A stretch of 64,000 nt of DNA from an uncultured Spirochaetales bacterium (GCA_964440465.1 CAYTSI010000001.1:7976-71975); one strand, 5' to 3'. Counted from the stretch's first letter, positions 19,593 to 29,451 are shown. Numbers and translations are program-made. Notes: generated by a model not told the origin, from the sequence alone.

Positions 19593-20429
19593 TTACCCCG
19601 ATTTTTCTTCAGCTTCGACGTTTTCCGTTGATAAGGATATGATGCATTTTGTCGGGCATGCCTCCCGGGCAGGTCCTCTGTCCCCCTTTTGGGTATAATC
19701 TATTTCGGCAAGGAAATTTGTAACGAAAAAACCGCCTTCCGGCGCCTTTTTTTCACACAGTTTGCAGCCGATGCAGCCGACTTCGCAGTATTTCTTTACC
19801 GCCCCCCCCTTGTCCGTTGAGCTGCAGGCAACCATGTAATCGGCATGATAGGGGAGCCACCGCATAACACCGGTGGGACACACATCGATACATTTTCCGC
19901 AGGAAATACACCGTTCCTCCGCAACCCAGACCAGCCCGTCGGAATCGTAATCGATCGCGTCGACAGGACAAACCGCAATGCAGCTGCCCAAGCCGAGACA
20001 GCCGAACTTGCACGCTTTATCTCCTTTGTACAGCAAAGACGCGGCGTTACAGTCCTGTATGCCGGAATAGAGATACTGCCGTTTCGCCCTGCTTCTTCCG
20101 CCCCGGCAGTGCACCTGGGCAACCTTTTTCTCATCAGAAACGTCAACAGACGCGCCTAGCAGCCGTCCCAGCTCCTTCGCTGTCTCACTCCCGCCGGGAG
20201 AACATTTTGTTACATCAGTTTCATCCTTCAGCAGGGCTTCGGCGTAGGAAGCGCAGCCGGCATATCCGCAGGCGCCGCAGTTGAGGCCCGGAAGGGCGTT
20301 TTCCATCTGTTCCAGTTTCTTATCTTTCGTAACCGCAAGCACCCTCGACGCAACCGCGAGACCGAGTCCGAGAAGCGCTCCCAACGCGCCGACGGAAATA
20401 AAAGAATACAGGACTTTCATCCAATTCAT
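19593..20429 (-). CDS. rnfB: Rnf electron-transport complex subunit B (ferredoxin-like)
   Basis: N-terminal TM, a CGACGYAGC cluster and multiple 4Fe-4S CxxCxxCxxxCP motifs; last gene of the rnf cluster. Confidence 0.85.
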   Translation of the reverse strand: MNWMKVLYSFISVGALGALLGLGLAVASRVLAVTKDKKLEQMENALPGLNCGACGYAGCASYAEALLKDETDVTKCSPGGSETAKELGRLLGASVDVSDEKKVAQVHCRGGRSRAKRQYLYSGIQDCNAASLLYKGDKACKFGCLGLGSCIAVCPVDAIDYDSDGLVWVAEERCISCGKCIDVCPTGVMRWLPYHADYMVACSSTDKGGAVKKYCEVGCIGCKLCEKKAPEGGFFVTNFLAEIDYTQKGDRGPAREACPTKCIISLSTENVEAEEKSG

Positions 20430-20438
20430 TCGTCAATC

Positions 20439-21029
20439 CTATCCTAATAAATTATTCAATAAGGCCTTGTCAAATGCCATAAAGGCCAGGGCCATTAAAC
20501 CGCCGGTAATAAACGCAATGGGGACGCCGCGGAAGGCTTTCGGAATCTTTTCCGTGTCGAGTTTTTCACGGATGGTCGACATGAGGGTTATCGCCAGCAA
20601 AAACCCGAGTCCCGCGGCAAAACCGGCAACGAAGCTCTCTAAAGCGGAATAATTGTTTCGAATAACGATCAGGGCAATCCCTAAAACCGCGCAGTTCGTG
20701 GTAATAAGCGGTAAATAAATGCCTAAGGCCTTGTACAACGGGGGTGAAATTTTCTGAATAACCATCTCTACCAGCTGGACCAGGGTCGCGATGACAAGAA
20801 TAAAGGTAATTGTCTGCAAAAACGTAATGTTCAGCGGTATTAAAATAAAGTTATAAATAATCCATGTTACCAGGGAGGCAATGGACATGACAAATGTGAC
20901 CGCGAACCCCATCCCCACGGCAGACTCCACATTTTTCGAGACCCCGATAAACGGGCACAGTCCGAGGAACTGCGTCAAGATAAAATTGTTTACAAATACA
21001 AACGTAATTATTATTCCAACGTAGGTCAT
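20439..21029 (-). CDS. rnfA: Rnf complex subunit A
   Basis: 196-aa polytopic membrane protein with RnfA/NqrE family pattern (LGLCPFIGVS, LPLITTNCAVLG). Confidence 0.85.
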   Translation of the reverse strand: MTYVGIIITFVFVNNFILTQFLGLCPFIGVSKNVESAVGMGFAVTFVMSIASLVTWIIYNFILIPLNITFLQTITFILVIATLVQLVEMVIQKISPPLYKALGIYLPLITTNCAVLGIALIVIRNNYSALESFVAGFAAGLGFLLAITLMSTIREKLDTEKIPKAFRGVPIAFITGGLMALAFMAFDKALLNNLLG

Positions 21030-21649
21030 GCCGTCTTCTCCTTTTTCCTCCGCTGCAGCGTGTCGAACATCGACTTCAAATATCCCACAACGAGAAGCGC
21101 TCCCGCGGACAAGCCGATTACCCTTGCCGGCGCGTCCACTAAGCCGGGAATTGAAATTACACCGTCGAAGTTACCGACGGCAAACAGGGTAATCGTCCCC
21201 GAACCGAGGACTTCCCGGCAGAAAGCTATCATGAGCAAACCGATGGTAAACCCGAGGCCCATCCCTAAGGCGTCTAAAACTGATTTTCCGAAGGTGTTCT
21301 TACTGGCAAATGCTTCGGCCCTGCCGAGTATTACGCAGTTGACCACAATAAGCTGAACGAAAACCCCGAGGCTCTTTGAAAGTGACGGAACATATGCTTC
21401 CATAACCAAGTCGACTATCGTTACAAAGGAAGCAATGATAACGATGTAGGATGGAATACGCACTTTTTCCGGAATAAAATTCTTTAACAGGCTTACAAAA
21501 ATATTTGATCCTAAGAGAACGAAAATGACCCCCGCCCCCATTCCCAGCGCGTTCACGACCTGCGTGGATACCGCGAGGGCCGGACACAGCCCGAGAAGAA
21601 CAACAAAAATGGGATTTTCTTTAAAAAGCCCTTTTATGAAATCCTTCAT
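21026..21649 (-). CDS. rnfE: Rnf complex subunit E
   Basis: 207-aa polytopic membrane protein with RnfE/NqrD pattern (LGLCPALAVS, IVVNCVILGRAEAFA). Confidence 0.85.
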   Translation of the reverse strand: MKDFIKGLFKENPIFVVLLGLCPALAVSTQVVNALGMGAGVIFVLLGSNIFVSLLKNFIPEKVRIPSYIVIIASFVTIVDLVMEAYVPSLSKSLGVFVQLIVVNCVILGRAEAFASKNTFGKSVLDALGMGLGFTIGLLMIAFCREVLGSGTITLFAVGNFDGVISIPGLVDAPARVIGLSAGALLVVGYLKSMFDTLQRRKKEKTA

Positions 21650-22197
21650 TCTTCTTCTCCTAAAGATTTTACAAACTCGGAACCATTCAACAGGGCCTGT
21701 CCGATACCGACAAAGGTAATAGTAGCTCCGGTTACCGCGTCGGCATCATCCCGGGACAGCTGCTCTTTTAATACGGGTACCGGCCCGTTCCCGCCGGTAC
21801 CGATATATTTGTCCATATAGCCCTCGGCTTCCGCTTTTTTGCCCAGTCCGGGAGTTTCCTGGTTCTCCATCAGGACGACGGAAAAAATTTCCCCATCCGG
21901 ACGGTAGCCTGCCAGAAGATGCATCTCCCCGCCGTAACCGGTACCGACCAGTTTTACGATATACCCCCCGCCGGCACCCTCAATTTCATAATAGTACTCG
22001 ATTCCCGGATTGTCCGCCGCCGCGGTCTGTTCTCCCACCTCTCTGTCCCCGGCAACAGACTGTATTGCCCGCCGCAGGGCTTCCTTCTTGTTTTGAATAA
22101 TTTTCGGTCCCGTAACGGCATTCACAAATCCGAGGACCACGGCCGCTACTCCGCAGATAAGGGCCAGTTTACTTCCCACCAACAGTGTCTTTTTCAT
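21646..22197 (-). CDS. rnfG: Rnf complex subunit G (FMN-binding)
   Basis: 183 aa from MKKTLLVGSKLAL; contains the FMN attachment region SRDDADAVTGATITF. The 350-aa ORF-track extension is rejected. ATGA overlap with the rnfD stop. Confidence 0.8.
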   Translation of the reverse strand: MKKTLLVGSKLALICGVAAVVLGFVNAVTGPKIIQNKKEALRRAIQSVAGDREVGEQTAAADNPGIEYYYEIEGAGGGYIVKLVGTGYGGEMHLLAGYRPDGEIFSVVLMENQETPGLGKKAEAEGYMDKYIGTGGNGPVPVLKEQLSRDDADAVTGATITFVGIGQALLNGSEFVKSLGEEE

Positions 22198-23306
22198 GAC
22201 GCCGCCTCCGTTTCCTTCGGCACGCCGAAGCGTTTCGGTCCCGTCAGCCTGTTGATAAGGGGAACGAAAATATTCATCAGCAGGATGGCAAGGGAGACAC
22301 CTTCGGGGAAACTGCCGTAAAACCGGATAAGAAAGGTAAAAACACCTGTCCCGATACCGAATATAATCATCCCCCTGCCTGTCAGCGGCGATGTAACCAT
22401 ATCGGTTGCCATGTAGAACGCGCCTAACACCAGCCCGCCGGTAAAGAGGTGAAACACAACATCGCCGCTGAAAAAACCGCTGCCGAAACGGAGACCGCCG
22501 AAAATCCAGGTAAGTACTCCAAAGGAAAAAATGTAGGAAACCGGTACGTGCCAGGTAATAATTTTCCGAGCAAACAGGTAGACCGTCCCGAGGAGTAAAA
22601 ACAGCGCCGAAACTTCGCCGATACAGCCCGCGACATTTCCGGTAAAAATATCGGCGTATCCGTTTTGAATGTTTGGAAAGAGATGCTCCCGCAGCCATCC
22701 GGTAACCCGTTCATCCATGAGGGTGTGGGGAAATCCGTTTTCCGCTAAAAACTCCGCGGGCCCCGCCGCGCCGCCCGAATAACCGTACAGACCGGCTTTG
22801 ATAAAACTCAAGGGGGACGCGCCGGTTATTCCGTCTACACTGACGGTCCTCGGAAGGGTCCAGGCTGCCATCGGTCCCGTCCAGGAGAAAAACACGAAGA
22901 CCCGCCCTGCTAACGCGGGATTCATCCAGTTGCCTCCTAAACCTCCGAATGTCCATTTTACCACTACAATCGCGAAAATAGAGGCAATTATCGGTATAAA
23001 AAGCGGTACCGCCGGGGGCATGTTGTAGCCGACTAAAAGACCGGTCAACACCGCGCTTCCGTCGCCGATAGTACAATTCCGCTTGAGAAGCCGGGCCATA
23101 ATCAGTTCGCCCCCCGCCGCGGCGGCAATTGAAACGAGGACAACATAGAGGGCCTGAATACCGAAAACGTAAATTCCCCATACGCCCGCGGGCACCAGAC
23201 ATGCCGTAACGGACCACATAATATTTGCCGTATTCGCGGGATGACTGATATGGGGCGATACCGTTACGAGGGTACTGTTCTTTTTCTCTGTTTCTTCCGC
23301 TTTCAT
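22194..23306 (-). CDS. rnfD: Rnf complex subunit D
   Basis: Polytopic NqrB/RnfD-like membrane protein; start trimmed to MKAEETEKK at 23306, overlapping the rnfC stop by 4 nt. Confidence 0.8.
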   Translation of the reverse strand: MKAEETEKKNSTLVTVSPHISHPANTANIMWSVTACLVPAGVWGIYVFGIQALYVVLVSIAAAAGGELIMARLLKRNCTIGDGSAVLTGLLVGYNMPPAVPLFIPIIASIFAIVVVKWTFGGLGGNWMNPALAGRVFVFFSWTGPMAAWTLPRTVSVDGITGASPLSFIKAGLYGYSGGAAGPAEFLAENGFPHTLMDERVTGWLREHLFPNIQNGYADIFTGNVAGCIGEVSALFLLLGTVYLFARKIITWHVPVSYIFSFGVLTWIFGGLRFGSGFFSGDVVFHLFTGGLVLGAFYMATDMVTSPLTGRGMIIFGIGTGVFTFLIRFYGSFPEGVSLAILLMNIFVPLINRLTGPKRFGVPKETEAAS

Positions 23307-24628
23307 TTCTTCGCCTTCTTCAGCATGCCTTTTCCCCATTTCATTCCCTGCACAAGATGAATGCGGGCCGGACAAACGAACGCGCAGCATCCGCACTCTT
23401 TGCAGTCCATCAGCCCCATTTCTTCCGCGGCGGCATACTCGCCGTGATCGATGTTTTTAAAAAGCCGGGTCGGGTTCAGGCCCATCGGACATGCCTGAAT
23501 ACACCTGCCGCACTGTATGCAGGGTGTCTCCTTTGCTCTGCCGCACTCCTTCGCGGTAAGGGCGAGAATGCCCGACGTTCCTTTCATGACCGGGGTGTCC
23601 ATATCGCAGAGGGCAAACCCCATCATCGGGCCGCCTATGATAATTTTTTCCGGGTTTTTTTTCAGCCCGCCGCATTCCTCGATCAGTGTGCCCACGGAAG
23701 TCCCGATACGCACTTTTAAATTGCCGGGCCGTTGGATTGCTCCGCCGCTGACCGTTACCACCCGCTCGATGAGCGGCTTGTTCCAGACAACAGCCTCGTA
23801 TACGGCAAAAACCGTCCCCACATTGGATACGACGGCGCCGATATCCAGGGGAAGCCCGCCGGAGGGCACTTCCCGGCCCAATACCGCCTTGAGAAGCTGC
23901 TTCTCGTCCCCCTGGGGATATTTCATCTTGCAGGGGACAACCTCGATATCGAGACCGCTCTCCTTTGCGGCTTGTTCCATAATTTCAATGGCATCGGGTT
24001 TGTTCACCTCAATCCCGATTAACGTCTTCTTTACTCCGAGGACCTTCTGAATGATCCTGATGCCCGTAAACAGTTCCGAAGTTTTTTCCAGCATCAGCCG
24101 GTAATCCGCCGTTAAATAAGGTTCACATTCAACGCCGTTTACGACGAAATACTCCGCTTTTTTCTGCCGGGGGACGGTATATTTTACATGGCTCGGGAAT
24201 GTTGCCCCCCCCAGACCGACAACTCCCTTATCCACTATTTTCTGAATGAGTTCTTCTTTGCCCAAATTGTCCCATGTCTGCTTCTCATGCTGTTTTCCGA
24301 TCCGGTTAAACTCCCCCTGCAGCTCGATAACGACCGCTTGAGACGATACTCCCGTCGGCAGGAGGATTGTCTCAATCGACTTGACAATACCCGGCACAGG
24401 GGAGTGAATATTCGCGGAAATAAAACCGGTGCTTTTCCCGATCAGCATTTCCTCCCGGACTTCATCACCCTGCGTAACGACACATTCGCTGGGACTGCCG
24501 ATGTGCTGGGAGAGGGGTATGGTTGAAACCGGAGGAATAACCGCGTTTACAATGTTTCCATCCTTGGAAAGATGCTTCATGTCGTGAGGATGGATCCCGC
24601 CTTTTGGAAAAGTTTTTACATTTTTCAT
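23303..24628 (-). CDS. rnfC: Rnf complex subunit C (NADH-binding, Fe-S)
   Basis: 441 aa with a GLGGATFP NAD/FMN-binding region and two C-terminal CxxCxxCxxxCP ferredoxin motifs. Confidence 0.85.
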   Translation of the reverse strand: MKNVKTFPKGGIHPHDMKHLSKDGNIVNAVIPPVSTIPLSQHIGSPSECVVTQGDEVREEMLIGKSTGFISANIHSPVPGIVKSIETILLPTGVSSQAVVIELQGEFNRIGKQHEKQTWDNLGKEELIQKIVDKGVVGLGGATFPSHVKYTVPRQKKAEYFVVNGVECEPYLTADYRLMLEKTSELFTGIRIIQKVLGVKKTLIGIEVNKPDAIEIMEQAAKESGLDIEVVPCKMKYPQGDEKQLLKAVLGREVPSGGLPLDIGAVVSNVGTVFAVYEAVVWNKPLIERVVTVSGGAIQRPGNLKVRIGTSVGTLIEECGGLKKNPEKIIIGGPMMGFALCDMDTPVMKGTSGILALTAKECGRAKETPCIQCGRCIQACPMGLNPTRLFKNIDHGEYAAAEEMGLMDCKECGCCAFVCPARIHLVQGMKWGKGMLKKAKK

Positions 24629-26193
24629 GCTGCTTGACGCTGTCTCCTTAATTCCACAGCTTTATTACCATACAACGTAATAGGTGTCAAATAGGTGAAA
24701 GAAAACAATCCGGCCGCCTGCAGTGCAAACCAGGCAATGTAGTATACAATAATTTCCATTTTGGTGAAAGAGACCTGTGTGGTTTTTTCATACCGCACCC
24801 GCGTCCAGCCCTGCTGACGCAGAAGCAGATCGATAATTCCCGTCCCCCTTCCGCCGCTGATTTCCCGTTCATACCAGTCCTCGGTAATTCGAAGCACCGT
24901 TTTCATTTCCTGTGCAATTCCAGCGCCGCCGTCTCCTTCTTCAGCCGGTGAAAAAGTGGAAATTGAATATGACGTCCCCGGTTTTGGAATTTCATACGGC
25001 ACATTGTAGAGCCACCCCCCCTGATAGAGACGGTGTTTCAGGTAGTCCCCTATTCCCGGCAGATCCCCGTCCGCGGCTGCCGCCTCCGCATCGAGCATGC
25101 TCAGGAGGGTGTAATCCGGCGGTCCGGAGTGTATTTCTCCCGGCCGCGGTATTTCGGTGTCCGCCTCCGCCGAAGAGCGGGACACGAACGGCGGAATGGC
25201 AATAACCAGGGCCATCATGACCATCACCGGCAGCAGCCGCAGCAGCCGAAGTTTCATTTTTTTACTCTTTGCAAGAGGAATGTGAAAAAAAAGCGTGTGG
25301 ACCTGTCCGGCGTGTTTGACCGCGGCCAGACCGACAAGAAATATTTCAACAGCCAGGGCGGCGCACACCCCGTAAGCGATAGAGATCACCCCGGAAGCGG
25401 CAGCGGGAGTAACGCGGAGAATACATATGCCGAAAAAAAGACCGACAGCCCATAAAACCGCGGTGAGATAGAACAGGGGCTTCGCGGTCATACATTTCCC
25501 CCGATTCAGATATTCCCGAACGACCGTCGGCAGATACGTTCCCGTGAGGACCGCGGCATAAAAAACGGCGGAGGCAATCATAACGGTCTGTATCGGGCCA
25601 AAAAAAACCAGCGGCAGCCATGGCAGGCCGAAAAGGAGGACCACTATCCCGCGCCGCCGCGGAATAAAGAATGCCCCGGCCGTCAGCAGAAGGAAAAAGC
25701 CGGTCAGGACCAGCCGTACCGTCCAGTTCGTCCCGATAAAAACCCAGCCGGCAGGCGCGTTTTTGAGAAGCCGCCGAAGCTGCAGCAGCACCTTTACCGG
25801 ATTTTCGTCGCTTTGACAGTAGATAATTGTAAAATTTCCGTCCCGGGAAACAAAATACCCGCCGGCCTGCCGCATATACGGGTCTATTCTGGAGTCGATA
25901 GGGCTGAACCTGCTTTCCACTTCAGCCAGCGGCAGCTCCTCGAGACCGCTGAAATTGAAATACCGTACGCTGCTGCTCTCATAGGAAATGACCGGAAAGG
26001 CGGATGCGATTATGTTCCCTAGTTTGGTACCCGCGTCCCCCGCCGGGAGCAGTACGGGATAGTACCCCTCCCACGCGCGCGGCGGCTGAAACTCCATGCT
26101 GCCGCGGAGAATGCCGTATCCGGACCCGGCATAGAGCAGAAAAGAAAATGAAATGAGAAGCAGCCCGACGCGTTCAGTTTTCCTTTTGTCCAT
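24625..26193 (-). CDS. hypothetical polytopic membrane protein, first gene of the rnf cluster
   Basis: 522 aa: N-terminal TM, about 150-aa extracytoplasmic domain, at least 5 TM helices, about 200-aa C-terminal soluble domain. Its stop overlaps the rnfC start by 4 nt. Confidence 0.5.
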   Translation of the reverse strand: MDKRKTERVGLLLISFSFLLYAGSGYGILRGSMEFQPPRAWEGYYPVLLPAGDAGTKLGNIIASAFPVISYESSSVRYFNFSGLEELPLAEVESRFSPIDSRIDPYMRQAGGYFVSRDGNFTIIYCQSDENPVKVLLQLRRLLKNAPAGWVFIGTNWTVRLVLTGFFLLLTAGAFFIPRRRGIVVLLFGLPWLPLVFFGPIQTVMIASAVFYAAVLTGTYLPTVVREYLNRGKCMTAKPLFYLTAVLWAVGLFFGICILRVTPAAASGVISIAYGVCAALAVEIFLVGLAAVKHAGQVHTLFFHIPLAKSKKMKLRLLRLLPVMVMMALVIAIPPFVSRSSAEADTEIPRPGEIHSGPPDYTLLSMLDAEAAAADGDLPGIGDYLKHRLYQGGWLYNVPYEIPKPGTSYSISTFSPAEEGDGGAGIAQEMKTVLRITEDWYEREISGGRGTGIIDLLLRQQGWTRVRYEKTTQVSFTKMEIIVYYIAWFALQAAGLFSFTYLTPITLYGNKAVELRRQRQAA

Positions 26194-26261
26194 TTTACCG
26201 GTTTAATTCTCCGGTTTGAGCTGCCGATTGTCAAGCATCGGGTTTTGAGGAATAATGGGGT

Positions 26262-27233
26262 ATGCAATGCACTGCCGGGGCCGACGATGCCGGCCGGAGG
26301 TTCGACCGGATATGCAGAAAATTACTCCCGGGTACGGGTCTCGGTGCAATATACGCGGCCCTTCGGAAAGGCCGAATTACCGTAAACGGTACAAAGAAAC
26401 CTCCCTCATATACGCTGCGGGAGGGGGACGTTATTGCCTTCCCCCCCGACTTCACTCCCCGCGGCGGGTCCGCCGAAAAGGGAGGGCATCCCGGGGACGG
26501 CCTGGTGAAAGCAATTATTTTTGAAAACAGCCATTTTGTCGTTTTCAACAAACCTTCCGGCATTCTTACCCACGGGAACGGGTCCCTCGGGGCCTTCCTG
26601 CCGCACTATCTGCAGGGGGTTATGGAACAGTCGCTTGCCTTTACCCCCGCCCCGCTGCACCGCCTGGACCGAAATACGTCGGGTATCGTGGTCTGCGGAA
26701 AATCTATCCGGGGGGCGGTATGGTTTTCGGACCTCCTGTCCCGGAAACAGGCGGTAAAGGCCTATATCGGTATTCACGATGGAATTCTTCGGTCCCCGGA
26801 ACACTGGGAGGACCGGCTGAAGCGGAACAGGGATGTAAAAATCACCATTTCGGACCCCGCCGGGAGCAGAAGCGTTTTGCACATTTTCCCCCTCCTCCGT
26901 TCCGCCTCAAAGACCTTCTGTTTGACCGTCGCGGTAACCGGGAGGACCCATCAGATCCGGGCCCAGGCCGCGCTGCACGGACTGCCCTTGACGGGGGACG
27001 TCAAATACAATGAAAAAACTTTCCGAAGGGGTGGGTACGCTCTCCATGCCTTTCACATGCGCTTCCGGGAAACCGAGGAGACGTTGGGGCTTCCCCCGCT
27101 GTATGCTCGGCTGCCCGGGGAGTTTCGGGAACAACTAACGTCTCTGTTCCCCGGGGGGGAAACAAAAAAGTTCCTGCACCGCCTGAAAAATGAAATTACC
27201 GGGAAAATCGCTTCCATATCTCTTGGTAAATGA
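26262..27233 (+). CDS. RluA-family 23S rRNA/tRNA pseudouridine synthase with N-terminal S4 domain
   Basis: Catalytic motif HRLDRNTSG; S4-like N-terminus (RFDRICRKL...GRITVNG). Confidence 0.8.
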   Translation: MQCTAGADDAGRRFDRICRKLLPGTGLGAIYAALRKGRITVNGTKKPPSYTLREGDVIAFPPDFTPRGGSAEKGGHPGDGLVKAIIFENSHFVVFNKPSGILTHGNGSLGAFLPHYLQGVMEQSLAFTPAPLHRLDRNTSGIVVCGKSIRGAVWFSDLLSRKQAVKAYIGIHDGILRSPEHWEDRLKRNRDVKITISDPAGSRSVLHIFPLLRSASKTFCLTVAVTGRTHQIRAQAALHGLPLTGDVKYNEKTFRRGGYALHAFHMRFRETEETLGLPPLYARLPGEFREQLTSLFPGGETKKFLHRLKNEITGKIASISLGK

Positions 27234-27246
27234 GTATTCTTACGGA

Positions 27247-28107
27247 ATGAGAGCTTTTTTACATCATCTTGTCTGGCTTTTGAAAGGTGTTCAAGTATAC
27301 GCGCTGGTTGGGGAAAGCGGTACGGGAAAAAGTTTCCGGGCCCGGCTTATTGCCGCGAAATACGGGATCAATTTTATCATTGACGACGGACTTCTTATCA
27401 AAGATGAACAGATTATTGCCGGTAAATCCGCGAAAAAGGAGAAAATCTATTTAACTGCCATTAAAACCGCCCTTTTTGACCAGGAAGCGCACAAGCAGGA
27501 GGTAATAAGGACCCTCGAGAGGGAAAATTTTAAACGCATCCTGATAATCGGTACTTCCGAAGGGATGGTTACCAAAATTTCGAAACGCCTCGGCCTCCCG
27601 CATCCTTCAAAAATGATCAAAATAGAAGACATAGCAACACAGAAAGACATTGAAATCGCGCGTAAATCCCGAAACACCGAAGGGAAACATGTAATCCCCG
27701 TCCCGGCCCTGGAAATTAAACGCAACTACCCCCATATTTTTTACGATTCGGTGCGTGTCTTTCTAAAAACCCGCCGCCTGCTCCGGAACCGGAACAAATA
27801 TTACGAAAAGGCCGTCGTCCGTCCGGAATTCTCCAAACGGGGTCAGATTGCCATCTCGGAAACGGCAATAACCCAGATGGTCCTCCATTGTGTTGCCGAA
27901 TATGATCCTGATATCGATATTGATAAACTGCAGATTATCTCGGAAGGACTGCAGTACCGGCTCACCATGGACGTGAAGGTCCCCATAGAAAAAAACCTTG
28001 CCGGACGGGTTCATGATCTGCAGAATTATATCATAGACAATATCGACAAATTTACGGGCGTACAAATCAGTAAAATGAACATTACAATCAATGAGATTAA
28101 GGACTGA
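27247..28107 (+). CDS. fusion protein: HprK/RapZ-like P-loop domain plus Asp23/Gls24 (DUF322) domain
   Basis: Walker A GESGTGKS followed by FIIDDGLLI, the pattern of HPr kinase/RapZ P-loops. The C-terminal 110 aa (ISETAITQMVLHCVAEY...GRVHDLQNYIIDNIDKFTGVQISKMNITINEIK) matches the Asp23 alkaline-shock-protein family pattern. Start trimmed to MRAFLHH, just after the rluA-family stop. Confidence 0.55.
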   Translation: MRAFLHHLVWLLKGVQVYALVGESGTGKSFRARLIAAKYGINFIIDDGLLIKDEQIIAGKSAKKEKIYLTAIKTALFDQEAHKQEVIRTLERENFKRILIIGTSEGMVTKISKRLGLPHPSKMIKIEDIATQKDIEIARKSRNTEGKHVIPVPALEIKRNYPHIFYDSVRVFLKTRRLLRNRNKYYEKAVVRPEFSKRGQIAISETAITQMVLHCVAEYDPDIDIDKLQIISEGLQYRLTMDVKVPIEKNLAGRVHDLQNYIIDNIDKFTGVQISKMNITINEIKD

Positions 28108-28200
28108 TTTTTTACCCCGAAGCTGCCGATAATAAAAAAAATTATAGATTTGTACCGGATTACTTACTATACTATTAGATAGTAACGAGTGGAGGATTGT

Positions 28201-29442
28201 ATGAAGAAATTTGTTTTTGTAATAGTTACCCTTTTTTGCGCCGCGGGATTTGCATTTTCACAGGCCCCCTCGCTGTATGTAACGGAATCGGACCATTACC
28301 GGGTGTACTCGGAAATCAGCACCGAAAATGCCGAAAATGTTGCAAAACGGATGGAGGCATACGCGGACCTGTTTAATAATTATCTCAGGTTCGATATGAC
28401 GCGGCTGGAGGCGAAATTGAATGTCCGCGTTTTCGCGGAAAAATCGAGATTCGATTCCTACCTGACATCTATCGTCGGTACTTCAAAGAACAACTTCGTA
28501 TATCTGCAATACTCTTCGCTGAAAAAAAGCGAATTGGTCTGTTACGACATTGACAACGAACGGGAATTTGAAACGGCCCTCATTCGGCACGCCTTTATAC
28601 AGTTTTTCAAGTCCTTTATCAAAAACCCGCCGCTCTGGATGCAGCAGGGTTTTGCCGTTTATTTTGAAAAAAGCACCTACGACGCCGATCATGATTTCGC
28701 GGTATACAAGGAAAACCTGGGGTGGCTTGCAACACTGAAAAATCTCGTAGGAGACAGTTCTTCCTATACAAACACCGAAGGGCCTTCGCTTCTGACCCTG
28801 TCGAAACTGCTGGAACCTGACGCCGCGACGTTATCCGATAAGGGTAATATTTTTCACGCCCAGTCCTGGGGCTTCCTCATGTTTCTGTTAAACTCGGAAA
28901 ACAACAACTACAACCGGCTCTTATGGGACGCCGTCAGCGCGCTGGAACCGAACGCGACGGAAAATGAAAACGAACAGTATATTTACGCGAAAACATTTAA
29001 CTGGGTGAATGAATATCTGCTCTACACCGATTTTACCACCTACATCAGCTCCATTAAAACCTTTCCCGATGTTGTGAAGGAAGGTGTCGATCTTTACACA
29101 CTCGGCAACTATGATGACGCTGAAAAGGCCTTTATTAAAGCGATTTCTCTCGACGGCAGCCACTATATCCCCTATTACTACCTCGGCCTCATCCATTACA
29201 CCGAAAAAGATTACTCTCTCGCGGAATATTACTATCAGTCGGCGTTGATGCTCGGCGCGGACAGCGCCCTTGTCTATTACGCCCTCGGGGTAAACGCCTT
29301 TGCCGACAACCGGTATAACGACGCGGAAGGCTACCTCATGGAGGCGGTGAACATAGATTCGGCGACCTACGCGGCGAAGACGGAAAACCTTTTTGAAAGG
29401 ATAGAGGCCGCTCAAGCCGGTAATGTAAACTTTTCGGAATAA
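28201..29442 (+). CDS. secreted TPR-repeat protein with N-terminal DUF1570-like domain
   Basis: Start at MKKFVFVIVTLFCAAGFAFSQ (signal peptide) with GGAGG RBS 6 nt upstream; C-terminal TPR repeats (YYYLGLIHYTEKDYSLAEYYYQSAL, YYALGVNAFADNRYNDAEGYLMEAV). Confidence 0.55.
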   Translation: MKKFVFVIVTLFCAAGFAFSQAPSLYVTESDHYRVYSEISTENAENVAKRMEAYADLFNNYLRFDMTRLEAKLNVRVFAEKSRFDSYLTSIVGTSKNNFVYLQYSSLKKSELVCYDIDNEREFETALIRHAFIQFFKSFIKNPPLWMQQGFAVYFEKSTYDADHDFAVYKENLGWLATLKNLVGDSSSYTNTEGPSLLTLSKLLEPDAATLSDKGNIFHAQSWGFLMFLLNSENNNYNRLLWDAVSALEPNATENENEQYIYAKTFNWVNEYLLYTDFTTYISSIKTFPDVVKEGVDLYTLGNYDDAEKAFIKAISLDGSHYIPYYYLGLIHYTEKDYSLAEYYYQSALMLGADSALVYYALGVNAFADNRYNDAEGYLMEAVNIDSATYAAKTENLFERIEAAQAGNVNFSE

Positions 29443-29451
29443 CACTCCTTG

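Noticed and set aside
21646-22698. 350-aa ORF-track call spanning rnfG
   Set aside because: The N-terminal 167 residues are Arg/Tyr-rich nonsense that overlaps rnfD in another frame. The true RnfG starts at MKKTLLVG (22197) with the ATGA coupling typical of the rest of the cluster.
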